From: Bacteriovoracaceae bacterium
GTDB lineage: Bacteria; Bdellovibrionota; Bacteriovoracia; Bacteriovoracales; Bacteriovoracaceae
NCBI GenBank assembly: GCA_048270185.1
Contig: JBLWTJ010000001.1
Location: forward strand, 864,001-928,000
Reading direction: 5' to 3'
DNA: 64,000 nucleotides
Shown: positions 18,207 to 29,016 of the stretch, piece by piece
How positions within the stretch are numbered: the stretch's first letter is position 1
Layout of the letters: each line of letters starts with the position of its first letter
The notes under the pieces: generated by a model
Databases searched by the model: none
What the model was told of the DNA's origin: nothing
The model's input: only the letters and a program-made list of their open reading frames with translations
Made by a program: the position numbers and the translations under genes

Positions 18207-18545
18207 TTATTGTAGCATCTTCTGTAAGTCATCTCGAACTTCCATTTTTTTAAACGGTGGAACATTACTTCCTCCTGTATTACCTATTGGTAGAATACCA
18301 AACATAGAACCTAATACTCCTGTAGGAATACGAAATAATTGACCTATGATTTCTTTTAAATCTTTTTGCAAGAAACCAATTTTAAGCATATAGATATGAG
18401 TAATCGTGTGAGGAATTATATACCTTTGCCCCAAGACATGTGCGTCCTCAAGAAAAGAGAAAGCTTCCTCATATTGCTTTAAACTAATTAATCCCTTGGC
18501 CTTTGCAAGTTTTAGGTAAAAATTCTTTTTTAGTTTCGTATTCAT
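18207..18545 (-). CDS. DUF3703 domain protein
   Basis: LEDAHVLGQ...HT.TH..ML...EIIGQ..R...P.GNTGGSNVPPFK. Confidence 0.8.
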   Translation of the reverse strand: MNTKLKKNFYLKLAKAKGLISLKQYEEAFSFLEDAHVLGQRYIIPHTITHIYMLKIGFLQKDLKEIIGQLFRIPTGVLGSMFGILPIGNTGGSNVPPFKKMEVRDDLQKMLQ

Positions 18546-18558
18546 CAACAAAGTTCCA

Positions 18559-19326
18559 TTATTTATTATTAAAAGAAATTGAGTTAATATCTTCAATACT
18601 ACACAATGTTCTTAAATCACCGTTAGATTGTGTTTTTTTCTTTCTAAGCTTTGAAATTGTATTATTCATAATATGTCGAACTAATAATTTAAAAAGCACT
18701 TTTTTTAGACCTTTAGGATTTGTTCCATACTTCTCGTAAAACTCATCAGGTGAATCAAATATACCTAAATCTTTTACAATACCTTCTTTTTGAATATAGG
18801 TATTATTATTCCCACTCCACTCTACCTGAGGAGACTGGAAGTCATCACTAGCAACACCATATCCACAAAGTGTTTTAGGATTACTTGTGAAATATGACTT
18901 TAAAGAACTTAAATATTCTTTATCTAATATAAAACCTTCGAGGTTATACCAACTCCCATTGAAATTAACCTCAATCCAGCTATGAAAAATTTCTTTTGGA
19001 GTTAACCAATAAAAGATTCCTGTAACAGCTCCATATTGTAGTCTTTTATCAATCGTGAAACCATGAAAACGAGCTTCAATTCCGGCACCTCGAAGTAGTG
19101 CAAGTAAAAGGTTTGATTTTGTATTACATTGGCCATACCCATCATTCAAAACCTTTGAGGCAGGAATGTCATCACTCTCGTTATAACCAAATTTAATTTC
19201 ATCCCTAACGAACAAATAGCAAGCGTTTATTATCTCTTGTTGCTCAGTAAGACCGTTGGTTATCTTATCTATTACCCTTTTTATCTCATAGTGGTTAAAG
19301 TTTAAAATTTTTGTTTCATTCATCAT
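18559..19326 (-). CDS. Transglutaminase-like cysteine protease domain protein
   Basis: GYGQCNTKS, HSWIEV, W.NLEG. Confidence 0.85.
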   Translation of the reverse strand: MMNETKILNFNHYEIKRVIDKITNGLTEQQEIINACYLFVRDEIKFGYNESDDIPASKVLNDGYGQCNTKSNLLLALLRGAGIEARFHGFTIDKRLQYGAVTGIFYWLTPKEIFHSWIEVNFNGSWYNLEGFILDKEYLSSLKSYFTSNPKTLCGYGVASDDFQSPQVEWSGNNNTYIQKEGIVKDLGIFDSPDEFYEKYGTNPKGLKKVLFKLLVRHIMNNTISKLRKKKTQSNGDLRTLCSIEDINSISFNNK

Positions 19327-19367
19327 TGGACCTCTCTAGTTAATGTTTATTAAGTATAGAGCAAGCA

Positions 19368-20066
19368 TTAATTATGATCTTTTATAAACTGGCTATTCTT
19401 AAGGATTTCAGAAGGTGAAAGACCAAATGATGCCTTAATAACCTTTGATAAGTGTGTGGAATCACTGAAACCTGCTCCCAAGGCAATATCAGTTAATTTC
19501 ATGTTTTTATTGCTAGCAAAGGATGATATTGCTCTTCTAAGCTTCTTCCAAAGAATATACTTTCTAAAGGGTACTCCTACTTGTTCTTTAAACAAATGTA
19601 ACATTCTGCTTTCAGATAAGGCCATTTCTTTTGATATTTCACTCAGTCGAATTTCTTCTAGGAATTCAGCACTATCTATCATCTCTTTTACCTTAATAAT
19701 TCTAGAGTCTAAATTTTTACCACTTCCGAGTCCAAGGTGCTTAAGTAGAGGTTCAACATCTCCTATTTCAGTTGGAAAAGTATCGAGATTACGAAGCTTT
19801 GATCTCAATTCAGATAAATTAAACAAAGACTCATTATCTATTAAAATAGATAGGAAGTGAGAACAGCTCCCTAGAAAATTATGTGTTTCCTGAGAAGGAA
19901 TAAATACAACCTTTGAACTAATTAGCTCTTCCCCAACCTTAACTTCGAAAGACTCATCGTTTAACGAAAATGTTAATTGATGAGCAAGGTGAGAGTGTTT
20001 TTCGGTATTAAGAGAATCAGATATAATTACAGCGTAAAATTCAAATAGATAAATTTGATTATTCAT
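19368..20066 (-). CDS. AraC family transcriptional regulator
   Basis: HSHLAHQ cupin; LSESRMLHLFKEQVG...GFSDSTHL...FGLSPS. Confidence 0.9.
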   Translation of the reverse strand: MNNQIYLFEFYAVIISDSLNTEKHSHLAHQLTFSLNDESFEVKVGEELISSKVVFIPSQETHNFLGSCSHFLSILIDNESLFNLSELRSKLRNLDTFPTEIGDVEPLLKHLGLGSGKNLDSRIIKVKEMIDSAEFLEEIRLSEISKEMALSESRMLHLFKEQVGVPFRKYILWKKLRRAISSFASNKNMKLTDIALGAGFSDSTHLSKVIKASFGLSPSEILKNSQFIKDHN

Positions 20067-20934
20067 TTCTCTCACACTTCGCTTCAAACTCAATTGTTGA
20101 ATATGTAACATTATAGGTCTTTAAAATCTCTTTTACTTTAATTTTCAATGAATCAACAGTCCCAATCTTTGTATCTTCTGGAACGAGGACATGAAACCGT
20201 AAATAGTAAGTCGAATCATCAATTGACCATCCTTTAACAGCGTGTATATCGTAGACGAGATCAAGATCCATTATTTCTTTTTTTAACTGCTCAAACTCAA
20301 GCTCATCAGGGAATTTTTGGAGAAAAATTAACCCAACTTTTATTAAATTTTTATAAACCCCTCTAAGTATTACTAAAGAAATCAAAATCGAAAGGATAGA
20401 ATCCAGTATATACCAAGGTTTAAATAGTAAAATCACACTCACAATTAATACAGCAACCCATCCAAGTAAATCCTCTAAGAGGTGAAACATGACCATTTTC
20501 GTATTCATGCCATCATCTTTAGACAACCTAAAAGCAGCAAATGAGTTAACTGCAATCCCTAGAATTGCTAGACCTAACATTCCTTCGGGAGATACTTTTT
20601 CTGGCGACATTATTCTTTGAGAAGCTTCATAAATCACGAAAATACTTCCCAATAATAAAATCATTCCATTAATTAGAGCTGAGAGTATAGAAAAGCGTCG
20701 ATAGCCAAATGTAAACTTCTTATCCGCATCTTTATGGCTTAATTTTTCAGCAAAGTATGAAAAGAGTAGAGCAAGACTATCGCCAAAGTCATGTAAAGCA
20801 TCGGAGTAAATAGCAACACTATTGGTTAAGTAGCCACCGATTAACTCTATAACTGCAAAACCAGCATTAAGAAAAAAGGCAACAAGTATGTTCTTGCTGC
20901 CATGATGATGTGAGTGATTATGCGTTCCTGACAT
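20059..20934 (-). CDS. czcD: CDF family cation efflux transporter (CzcD-like)
   Basis: SDALHDFGD, FTFGYRR, HLLED motifs; His-rich N-terminus. Confidence 0.85.
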   Translation of the reverse strand: MSGTHNHSHHHGSKNILVAFFLNAGFAVIELIGGYLTNSVAIYSDALHDFGDSLALLFSYFAEKLSHKDADKKFTFGYRRFSILSALINGMILLLGSIFVIYEASQRIMSPEKVSPEGMLGLAILGIAVNSFAAFRLSKDDGMNTKMVMFHLLEDLLGWVAVLIVSVILLFKPWYILDSILSILISLVILRGVYKNLIKVGLIFLQKFPDELEFEQLKKEIMDLDLVYDIHAVKGWSIDDSTYYLRFHVLVPEDTKIGTVDSLKIKVKEILKTYNVTYSTIEFEAKCERNE

Positions 20935-20946
20935 TATTCATCCTAT

Positions 20947-21228
20947 TTAGCGTCTTCCACCGCGATCTACCCAATTCTGATTTGCCTTTTTGATATTGGT
21001 TTCAAGGTCGTTCTTAAAGTCATTAAGTTTTTCACTAGTCGAAAAGTAATAAGTTTTTCCTCCGTGCTCAAACTTATATTCTACTTTGCCTTTAGTTTTT
21101 AAATCTCCATGAGCTACGCTATAGGCACATTGTTTTTCATACTTATGGTGATGATGCTCAGTTTTATTATGATGATGAGCACATGATGCTAAAAACATAG
21201 TTAGTAAGACTGCGATAAGGTATTTCAT
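20947..21228 (-). CDS. His-rich YHS-domain lipoprotein
   Basis: Lipobox LASC; HHH...HHHH; EHGGKTYYFSTSE. Confidence 0.7.
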   Translation of the reverse strand: MKYLIAVLLTMFLASCAHHHNKTEHHHHKYEKQCAYSVAHGDLKTKGKVEYKFEHGGKTYYFSTSEKLNDFKNDLETNIKKANQNWVDRGGRR

Positions 21229-24200
21229 TATAATTCTCCTTTAAATAGATTTGGTTGCATTTGTTTTATAAATAATCTGTATAAACTTGGTAATACTATC
21301 AATGTTAGTGCTGTCGCAGATAAGATTCCTCCAACAACAACAGTTGCAAGTGGTTTCTGTACTTCAGCACCAAGTCCAGTTGAAAACATCATTGGTAAAA
21401 ATCCAAAGATATCGGTTAGGGCAGTCATAAGAACAGGTCTAAGTCTTGTCATGGCCCCTTCTCTAACGACATCGTCTGGTGTTTTCCCATCTAAAATTAG
21501 TCTGTTAAAATATGTCACAAGGACAACCCCATTTAATATACTAATTCCACAAAGTGCTATAAAGCCAACTCCGGCTGATATACTAAAAGGCATATTCATA
21601 ACATTTAATGCAATAACACCTCCGATTAAGGCCATTGGCGCACATGCAAATATTAACACCACCTGAGAGAAGTTTTTAAATGCAGCATATAGCATTGCAA
21701 GAATTATCAAGAGGGCCATTGGAACAAGTACGCCTAATCTTTCTTTGGCACTTTGAAGGTTTTTAAAACTACCTCCCCATTCGATGTAATACCCCTCTGG
21801 AAGCTTTACTTTTTCTTCAACCATTTTCTTAGCTTTATTTACAAAGCTTTCAATATCTCTAACTTCAGGATTAATAAGTACAGCAATACGCCTTTGCGAG
21901 TTTTCTCGACCTACAGCCGAGAAGGTCTCTACAAAATCAATATCTGCGACTTGTTCAATGGGAACAGTATGACCTTCAGCAATACCAACAGGTAATTTTC
22001 TAACTGTCATTATGTCTTTTCGTTCTTCCTCAGAAAGCCTAGTTACAATAGGAAACTTGCGTACTCCATCATAGACATGTCCTACTTCTCGACCTCCAAT
22101 CGCCGTGTTAATTGCATCTAGTACTGGACGTGCAGTAACTCCCAATTGAGCTAGTTCATCCATTTTGGGTGTATATTGAAGTAGAGGTGATTTTCCTTTA
22201 GATTCAGACTCAGCCTCTCCCGCTCCCTCAATACTACCAACAATTTCAGCAACCTCTTTGGAGTATGCTATTAGTTTATCCAAATCTTCACCGAATACTT
22301 TTGCTGAAACATCTGCACGAGTTCCTTCTAAAAGCTCATTAAAACGTAATTCGACTGGTTGAGAAACTAGCATAACTTGACCAGGGACATGTAAATCTAA
22401 TTTTTCCTTTACAGCCTTCATCAAACTCTTTTTGTCCGTAATAGAACTATCTTTCGGCCATTCTTCTTTGTTGTTAAGCATCACATATGAGTCTGAGATA
22501 TTCACACCCATCGGATCTGTTGCTACCTCCGCAGCTCCAGTTCTCGCAAAAACATTTTTAACCTGTGGAAAATCCAAAACAATTTTCTCTGAAAGTCTCT
22601 GTAATTTTACCGAGTTCTCAATACTAATATTAGCAGGACGAATAAATTGTAACGCAAAATCACCTTCATCAAGTTGAGGAATAAATTCTGCACCTAATCT
22701 TGAGAATAAAAATACCCCCACGACTATTGAAGCTATTCCAATACCAAGAACAAACTTTTTTGCCCTTAATGCCATACCTAATGTAGGACTAAATGCCTTT
22801 TCAGCGAGACTCATTAAGAATGGTTTTTTATCTCTTGTTTTTCCACTTAAGAATGTTGCGGCCAATGCAGGAACAACTGTAAAAGAAAGGAGAAGCGCTG
22901 ATGCTAAGGCCATTATAAATGTTGTAGCCATAGGGCCAAACATTTTACCTTCAACACCAGTTAGGGCAAAAAGTGGAATAAAAACTACAATAACAATTAA
23001 TTCACCAAACCCAGCAGCAGACCGAATTTCAATTGCTGAGTCTATGACTACTTGCTTAACCTCGGCTCTGGTCATTTCTCTTCCAAGCATCTTTCCTTTA
23101 CTTTGAAGTCGATGTACACAGTTTTCTATAACAATAACAGCTCCATCAATAATAATCCCAAAATCAAGAGCACCCAAACTCATTAAGTTACCAGATACAT
23201 TTTGCCACTTCATTAAGATAAAGGTCATAAGAAGTGATACAGGAATCATAAGAGATGTAATAATTGCTGCTCTTATATTACCAACAAGTAAAAGTAAGAA
23301 TAGTATTACAAGTCCTGCCCCCATTAGTAGGTTATGCTCTACTGTCCCAAGAGTAGCATCTACCATATTTGATCGATCATAAAGCACCTTGAGTTTTACC
23401 CAAGGAGGTAGATCCTTTTTAATATCATCAAGTTTTACAGACACTCTTTGAGCTACAGCTCTAGAGTTTTCCCCAAGCAGCATAAAAGCTGTTCCAATAA
23501 TAGACTCTTCGCCATTTACAGTTGCAGCTCCTGTTCTAATCTCTTTATCGTATTTTACTTGGGAAATATCCTTAATCTTTATGACTTGATATGAAGAAAG
23601 TCTTTTTACAACGACTGACTCAATATCTTTAATATTATTTAATAACCCAACTCCTCTAACGAGAAGTTGCTCTCCTGTCTGCTGAATATAACCGCCACCA
23701 ACATTTAGATTAGTACGTTCAATCGCAGACTCAATATCATCAAAATGAAGACCATATTTGGCCATTTCCTGAATATTTGGCTGGATAAAAAACTGTTTTT
23801 CATATCCACCAATAGTATTAACTTCGGTGACTCCTTTAACGGTTAGAAGTCTTGGCTTAATAAACCAATCTTGAAGAGATCTCAAGTCCATTAGTTGAAT
23901 CAATCTTTTTTCAGGGTCTGTTTCAGGAACCTTAGCTTCAATTGAGTAATGGAAAATTTCTCCAAGTCCAGTACTAATAGGGCCCATTTCTGGAACAACT
24001 CCATCTGGTAGCTCAATATTTTGAAGCTTTTCAGAAGCAAGTTGCCTGGCCCTAAAAATATCCGTCTCTTCTTTAAAGATAACAGTTACTTGAGAAATAC
24101 CATATCGAGATATTGAACGAATTGTTTCAACGCCAGGAATTCCATTCATAGAATATTCAATCGGAAAAGTTACCATTCTCTCGACTTCTTCTGGAACTAG

Positions 24201-24365
24201 GCCTTTCACCTGTGTGTTTATTTGAACTTGTGTATTGGTGATATCAGGAACAGCATCAATAGATAACTCCTGAAAAGACTTCATACCAAATACAATCAGT
24301 AGCAATGTTGCCATAAAGACAAACATTCGATTATTTACGGAGAATTCAATAACTTTATTAATCAT
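21228..24365 (-). CDS. czcA: CusA/CzcA family heavy-metal RND efflux transporter
   Basis: IDAVPDITNTQVQI, NLMSLGALDFGIIIDG, RLRPVLMTAL. Confidence 0.93.
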   Translation of the reverse strand: MINKVIEFSVNNRMFVFMATLLLIVFGMKSFQELSIDAVPDITNTQVQINTQVKGLVPEEVERMVTFPIEYSMNGIPGVETIRSISRYGISQVTVIFKEETDIFRARQLASEKLQNIELPDGVVPEMGPISTGLGEIFHYSIEAKVPETDPEKRLIQLMDLRSLQDWFIKPRLLTVKGVTEVNTIGGYEKQFFIQPNIQEMAKYGLHFDDIESAIERTNLNVGGGYIQQTGEQLLVRGVGLLNNIKDIESVVVKRLSSYQVIKIKDISQVKYDKEIRTGAATVNGEESIIGTAFMLLGENSRAVAQRVSVKLDDIKKDLPPWVKLKVLYDRSNMVDATLGTVEHNLLMGAGLVILFLLLLVGNIRAAIITSLMIPVSLLMTFILMKWQNVSGNLMSLGALDFGIIIDGAVIVIENCVHRLQSKGKMLGREMTRAEVKQVVIDSAIEIRSAAGFGELIVIVVFIPLFALTGVEGKMFGPMATTFIMALASALLLSFTVVPALAATFLSGKTRDKKPFLMSLAEKAFSPTLGMALRAKKFVLGIGIASIVVGVFLFSRLGAEFIPQLDEGDFALQFIRPANISIENSVKLQRLSEKIVLDFPQVKNVFARTGAAEVATDPMGVNISDSYVMLNNKEEWPKDSSITDKKSLMKAVKEKLDLHVPGQVMLVSQPVELRFNELLEGTRADVSAKVFGEDLDKLIAYSKEVAEIVGSIEGAGEAESESKGKSPLLQYTPKMDELAQLGVTARPVLDAINTAIGGREVGHVYDGVRKFPIVTRLSEEERKDIMTVRKLPVGIAEGHTVPIEQVADIDFVETFSAVGRENSQRRIAVLINPEVRDIESFVNKAKKMVEEKVKLPEGYYIEWGGSFKNLQSAKERLGVLVPMALLIILAMLYAAFKNFSQVVLIFACAPMALIGGVIALNVMNMPFSISAGVGFIALCGISILNGVVLVTYFNRLILDGKTPDDVVREGAMTRLRPVLMTALTDIFGFLPMMFSTGLGAEVQKPLATVVVGGILSATALTLIVLPSLYRLFIKQMQPNLFKGEL

Positions 24366-24373
24366 GTTAATTC

Positions 24374-25048
24374 CTAGTGTGAGTGACCGTACTCTGATTT
24401 ATCTGTTGAATAAACATCTGTTACTCGTAAAAGACCAACGCCATTTACAACAATCTGATCTCCAAAATCAACACCTTTAACTTCTACCTGATAGCCATCA
24501 GAAAGCTCTTTTGTAATTTTCGCTGGCATAAACTTAAAAAATCCTGCTCTAAACCTATACACACCTTTTTTATTTTTGGATGCCACTAAAGTCTTCTTAG
24601 AAATCTTAAAAGAAGAACCATCTACTGTATTAAGTTTTAGTTTCAAAGTCTTAATGGCTTCTTTTGAAAGTTTGAACCCTTTAATTTCATCTACTTCCTC
24701 TATAGCTTTTCCTTTTCCAATGGCCTTTCCTCCACCGTGTCCTTCATGAGAACCATGACCTTCGTGTGAACCATGATCATGCCCATCTTCTTCTTTATGT
24801 TTATCATGCTCATGACCGTCATCTTCATTGTGGCCTTTATGCCCATGATCATCGTGGCCGGCATGAGAATCTTTCTTCTTTTTTTTCTTGTGATTATGAC
24901 CATCCCCATCACTGTGGTCATGAGATTCCTCTTTAGAATGCTTTTCTTTTTTTTCATGAGAACTGTGATCATGTCCATCTTCTGCAAAAGAACTAAATCC
25001 TAGAAGGGATGTAACTATAATTCCTGATAATATTAATTTACGATTCAT
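24374..25048 (-). CDS. His-rich, truncated CzcB-like periplasmic adaptor
   Basis: Signal peptide, about 85-aa His/acidic tract, then MFP-like C-terminus (VEVKGVDFGDQIVVNGVGLL). Confidence 0.6.
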   Translation of the reverse strand: MNRKLILSGIIVTSLLGFSSFAEDGHDHSSHEKKEKHSKEESHDHSDGDGHNHKKKKKKDSHAGHDDHGHKGHNEDDGHEHDKHKEEDGHDHGSHEGHGSHEGHGGGKAIGKGKAIEEVDEIKGFKLSKEAIKTLKLKLNTVDGSSFKISKKTLVASKNKKGVYRFRAGFFKFMPAKITKELSDGYQVEVKGVDFGDQIVVNGVGLLRVTDVYSTDKSEYGHSH

Positions 25049-25609
25049 TTATATCTCCTGTTTATAATATTTACTACATTCTGATTCATCTAAGTGAGTG
25101 CTTCCAAATAAACCCTTTAAGTTATTAAGAATTTCATAAGAGTTCTCAAGATAATTTGAAAATGATTGTGGACACACGTCAAAATATCCTTCAATGCATT
25201 TATCTCTAATCTCTTCAACCATTTCTTTCTCAACGAGAGTTGCTGAGCAAAACTCTCCGATTTCCATAACTGATCTTATCTCCCTAACTAATTGTTTTCT
25301 CTTTCTTCGTGTGCCGATATTATTCTTTATATAATCATTAAGTTCAGTAATCTTTAGTGAGAAATCATTAATAACAACAAGATAATCTGCATCAAATTTA
25401 TTAAACAGTTCCTCGTCCATTATTTTTAGATTAATATTCTCAAAATCTAAAATACCTTTGACTTTAGTCGCTTCAGCGGTAGATGAGTTTACAGTTTTAC
25501 ATATTCGGATTTTACTCCCGGGCCTTTTCTTGCATACTCGCTCACTTGCATATACATTTTGAATAAGCAAAATACTGAAAATAAAAAACGCTATATTTCT
25601 AGTTTTCAT
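25049..25609 (-). CDS. Secreted hypothetical protein
   Basis: Signal peptide, 6 Cys, within the efflux operon. Confidence 0.7.
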   Translation of the reverse strand: MKTRNIAFFIFSILLIQNVYASERVCKKRPGSKIRICKTVNSSTAEATKVKGILDFENINLKIMDEELFNKFDADYLVVINDFSLKITELNDYIKNNIGTRRKRKQLVREIRSVMEIGEFCSATLVEKEMVEEIRDKCIEGYFDVCPQSFSNYLENSYEILNNLKGLFGSTHLDESECSKYYKQEI

Positions 25610-25613
25610 AACT

Positions 25614-26858
25614 CTATTCCTCTATATTTAAAATTGGACCACTACTGTAATCACCACTAAAAGTGATCCTTTTGAGTTTCTCTACTAAATCTGAAAATCG
25701 AAACTGATATGAGAGTAGTAATATTTTAGATGCATATAGATTGTCTAAAATCTCGACCATTTCCATAACGTTAAGGGTTCCACCAATCGCGATGTGGCTC
25801 ATCATTGCTTCATAATTAGAATTAGCTAATTCAATTCTCTCTTGAGTAATAGTGTAGTTATGAATTAAAGAGTTATATTCTTTAACAAGAACATTTACTT
25901 GTCTCTTAATGATTTCTATCGTTCCTTTGAGCTGTGTCTTTAATATTCTTCCCTCAGATTTAGAGATTCGTATGCTAGCTCCCATACCAAATCCCAATCC
26001 ATCCTGAATTGGTATATGATCAAAAACTCCATTTCCTTCACCCATTGAGAATGTAGATGTTCCTAAAATACTAAAGTTAATTTGTCCTCTCACTTTAGAA
26101 AGGGCATTAATCAAGTGTTCATACTGAACGACTTCAGGAGATGCTTCTATCGCTTTAAATATAATTTTAGAAAAATCAATTTTAGAAGCTCCCTCTAGCT
26201 TCGGAAGTATTGGAGGTTGAATCACAACATCTTCTTCATTATTAATTCCTGTTAGAAACTGTAGTTCTTTTATCTCTGAGTAAACTAAATTTTCAAGATT
26301 TCGTGAGTCCTCTACCAGTGAAAGATATCTATCCCTTACTAAGTTGTAAGCGAATAAGTTTCCATTTCCAAAAATATTTCTGGTCTTTGCAATTTCCATT
26401 ATTTCTTTATATTTTTTTTGCTTTTGCAGAACAAGATTAGCAAAAACTTCGTCACGATAAACACTTACAAATAGTAATTTTGCTGTATTAACTTCATTGG
26501 CCCAAAGTGCTCTATATTGTTCTTTTCTAGCTTTATAAAGATGCTTGGATTGAGCGACTTTAAACCAATTTGCTGGAACTAAAAAAGGTGCAAAGTCTTG
26601 GATAATATCTCCAATGGCCAGAGGGTCAACAAAAACCGCTGGAAGCTTAAGTAGATTCCAAATATTTAACTTTGGAAGCAAATTAGCACGGGAAAACTTT
26701 ATGTTTTCTTTTTTTTGGTAAACTCGCTCAGCATTTTCTATTACAAGAAAGTTGTCGTTAGAGACCTTCTTAGCAACATCTTCTAGCTTTAGTTCTACTG
26801 GGCCTGCAAAGGAAAATGAAGAAGATATGAGTATTGATATCAGTAATAAGTTCTTCAT
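25614..26858 (-). CDS. TolC-like outer membrane efflux protein
   Basis: LKLEDV...RANLLPKLN; two-repeat OEP pattern. Confidence 0.65.
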   Translation of the reverse strand: MKNLLLISILISSSFSFAGPVELKLEDVAKKVSNDNFLVIENAERVYQKKENIKFSRANLLPKLNIWNLLKLPAVFVDPLAIGDIIQDFAPFLVPANWFKVAQSKHLYKARKEQYRALWANEVNTAKLLFVSVYRDEVFANLVLQKQKKYKEIMEIAKTRNIFGNGNLFAYNLVRDRYLSLVEDSRNLENLVYSEIKELQFLTGINNEEDVVIQPPILPKLEGASKIDFSKIIFKAIEASPEVVQYEHLINALSKVRGQINFSILGTSTFSMGEGNGVFDHIPIQDGLGFGMGASIRISKSEGRILKTQLKGTIEIIKRQVNVLVKEYNSLIHNYTITQERIELANSNYEAMMSHIAIGGTLNVMEMVEILDNLYASKILLLSYQFRFSDLVEKLKRITFSGDYSSGPILNIEE

Positions 26859-26860
26859 AA

Positions 26861-27514
26861 TTAAATCCTTGTAAGAGAAAAGTTATAGATCATAGCATTG
26901 GTACTAGAGCGCAATTTCCCCTTAAACTCTTGAATGTAGTTTACGAATCCGTCTTTTATTTGATTTGCCAAGGCATGGCTCTGTGCCATAACGTCCTGAT
27001 CCTCTACATTTTGTCCGTCATCAGGTGTATCGGACAGAAAAAGCTGATAAGTATTTGAACACCCCTCAGAAATTAAGTTCATAATACCTTTCTTTAAGTC
27101 AGGCTTAATATTTTGTAAAACACAACCAACGGCTGATAATTGACTATTAGGGTTCCATTGCATTATTTGAACGTTTAAATTTAAATTTTGAAGTTCATAC
27201 TCTAGCTCTGCAAGTGTCCTAGTTCGATCAACATCATAATCTGGAATAGTTGGTGTAATTAGCAAACGGATCATGTAAGTAGATTCTTTTACGGAAAACT
27301 GTCCTTCAAACTCTCCTTCAACTGCATTGATAAAAGTTCTTCTTTTATCTAAGTCAACTTCAAGTTTTTCTGCCCACTCCTGTAGGTTTTGGTTTTGAGC
27401 ATTAATTTCTTCTTTTGTCTGTATCCCTGTTTGTTCTTTCAATCCCTCTTCGCCATCGCTACATGCGATCAGTGAAAGTAACATAAATGCCATAAGTATT
27501 ATTTTTGACTTCAT
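26861..27514 (-). CDS. Hypothetical lipoprotein
   Basis: Lipobox LIAC. Confidence 0.7.
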   Translation of the reverse strand: MKSKIILMAFMLLSLIACSDGEEGLKEQTGIQTKEEINAQNQNLQEWAEKLEVDLDKRRTFINAVEGEFEGQFSVKESTYMIRLLITPTIPDYDVDRTRTLAELEYELQNLNLNVQIMQWNPNSQLSAVGCVLQNIKPDLKKGIMNLISEGCSNTYQLFLSDTPDDGQNVEDQDVMAQSHALANQIKDGFVNYIQEFKGKLRSSTNAMIYNFSLTRI

Positions 27515-27534
27515 AATATCCCCCTTAGTAGGTT

Positions 27535-28755
27535 TTAAAGTTTTTTATTCTCAATTTCCCCATTTAACTTATATATATTCCAAAGAGCTTCCGTTGCTCC
27601 ATTTTCAAATTCAAACCTTGTGTTAAAAAATTCTATTAATTGTCTGTGTGACTCAATTACAAGTGATGTAGAAATAATTCCTCTCTTAAATAGAGATTCA
27701 ATTTTTCTATGCTTTTTTTCTAATTTTTCTTTATTTGCAATGGTTTTTAGTGAATCTTTATATTGGTTGTACTTTTGCACCCACGATTGAATATCTAGCT
27801 TACTTTCTTGCTTTATGTTCCTCAAGTTCAGGCTTGCCGCTAAAACATCTTTAGCTGCCTTTGCTCTACCACCACCATTAATATTCAGTATTGGTAAGTC
27901 CATTGTTAGCGCAATACCGACAGTGTTTGTTTGGCTGACATTAAGCTTTTCATATTCATAAGTTGGCCCAATCTGAAGATTTGGGTAACTATTAGATTTT
28001 TCTAAATCTAAGTTCGATTTTGCCAACTCTAAAGCAAGTGATGCTATTTTAAGCTTTGAGTAGTTCTCAACTTTCATATCACTATTAAAACTCTCACTTA
28101 AATTCACAGTAAAAGGAAGAGCGTTTCGTGGGATAATGCAGTTTTCTCCCATAAAGAAAGACAAATGTGTTGTTAGATTCATTTTTTCAGAATTAAGCTG
28201 CGAGATTTTAAGCTTATAATCATTTACAGCTAATTCAAGAGTTTCACCTTCTACCTGTTGTTCAGGAGAAAGAGACTTTCTTTTCTTGATAGTTCTTAGA
28301 ATTTTATTGAATGCATCTAAAGACTCTTTATAAAGAGGAATCAATTCATATACTTGCCTCAAGCGGTGAAGTTTAATAACTGTATCAATTATAGTTTGCT
28401 GGTTTTCAAATTCTGCTACGGCCATGCCAGTCTTAAATGTATTTCTTGCAACATTAACCCTTGAGTCACGTTTTCCGCCTAGCTCAAAAGTGTGCTTTAG
28501 AGAAACAGAGGTACGATAAATATTTCCCTCAACTGAGTCACCAACAGTACTCTCGGCATCTAACTCAGGATTAGGTCTTTGTCCTGCTACTTCTATAGTA
28601 GATTCGAGAGCCTTTCCCTTTGCCTCATTAAAAGCGATACTTGGATGGTTTTTCTTAACTAGCTCTAAGATATCATTTGAACTTTTAAGGTTACATTTTG
28701 CATAAGTATTAAATGTACAAATACTAATAAAGATGACTAATAAACTATTCTTCAT
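27535..28755 (-). CDS. czcC: TolC/CzcC family outer membrane factor
   Basis: AGQRPNPEL, FELGGKR..R, YPNLQIG, LPILN.N.G. Confidence 0.8.
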   Translation of the reverse strand: MKNSLLVIFISICTFNTYAKCNLKSSNDILELVKKNHPSIAFNEAKGKALESTIEVAGQRPNPELDAESTVGDSVEGNIYRTSVSLKHTFELGGKRDSRVNVARNTFKTGMAVAEFENQQTIIDTVIKLHRLRQVYELIPLYKESLDAFNKILRTIKKRKSLSPEQQVEGETLELAVNDYKLKISQLNSEKMNLTTHLSFFMGENCIIPRNALPFTVNLSESFNSDMKVENYSKLKIASLALELAKSNLDLEKSNSYPNLQIGPTYEYEKLNVSQTNTVGIALTMDLPILNINGGGRAKAAKDVLAASLNLRNIKQESKLDIQSWVQKYNQYKDSLKTIANKEKLEKKHRKIESLFKRGIISTSLVIESHRQLIEFFNTRFEFENGATEALWNIYKLNGEIENKKL

Positions 28756-29016
28756 TCCCATTTTTCCTTTTTTTATATGAGAGGGGCGAGAGATCTCTCC
28801 CACTCTAACTTCTTAAAGTAACCAAAATCATGTTTGTGCTTATTGCTCAAAGAGTTAACTCTATTATCTGACAATGCCTCTAGAGGACTGGCTCCTACAG
28901 GCAATGCTGTTATCAAAGCTAAATTGTTATTAAATTTCATTAAACTTCACCTAATTAGTTAGTAATTATTCCAAGTAAGCATACGCATAGATGCTTATAA
29001 AGAATCTAAAATCTAA

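Noticed and set aside
24700..25003. Met/Ile-rich alternative ORFs and short repeats
   Set aside because: Shadows of the His-rich low-complexity tract of the adaptor gene
28773..28940. 55-aa minus-strand ORF (MKFNNNLALITALPVG...) between czcI-like and czcC
   Set aside because: Weak SD and no recognisable motif; cannot be supported without conservation data
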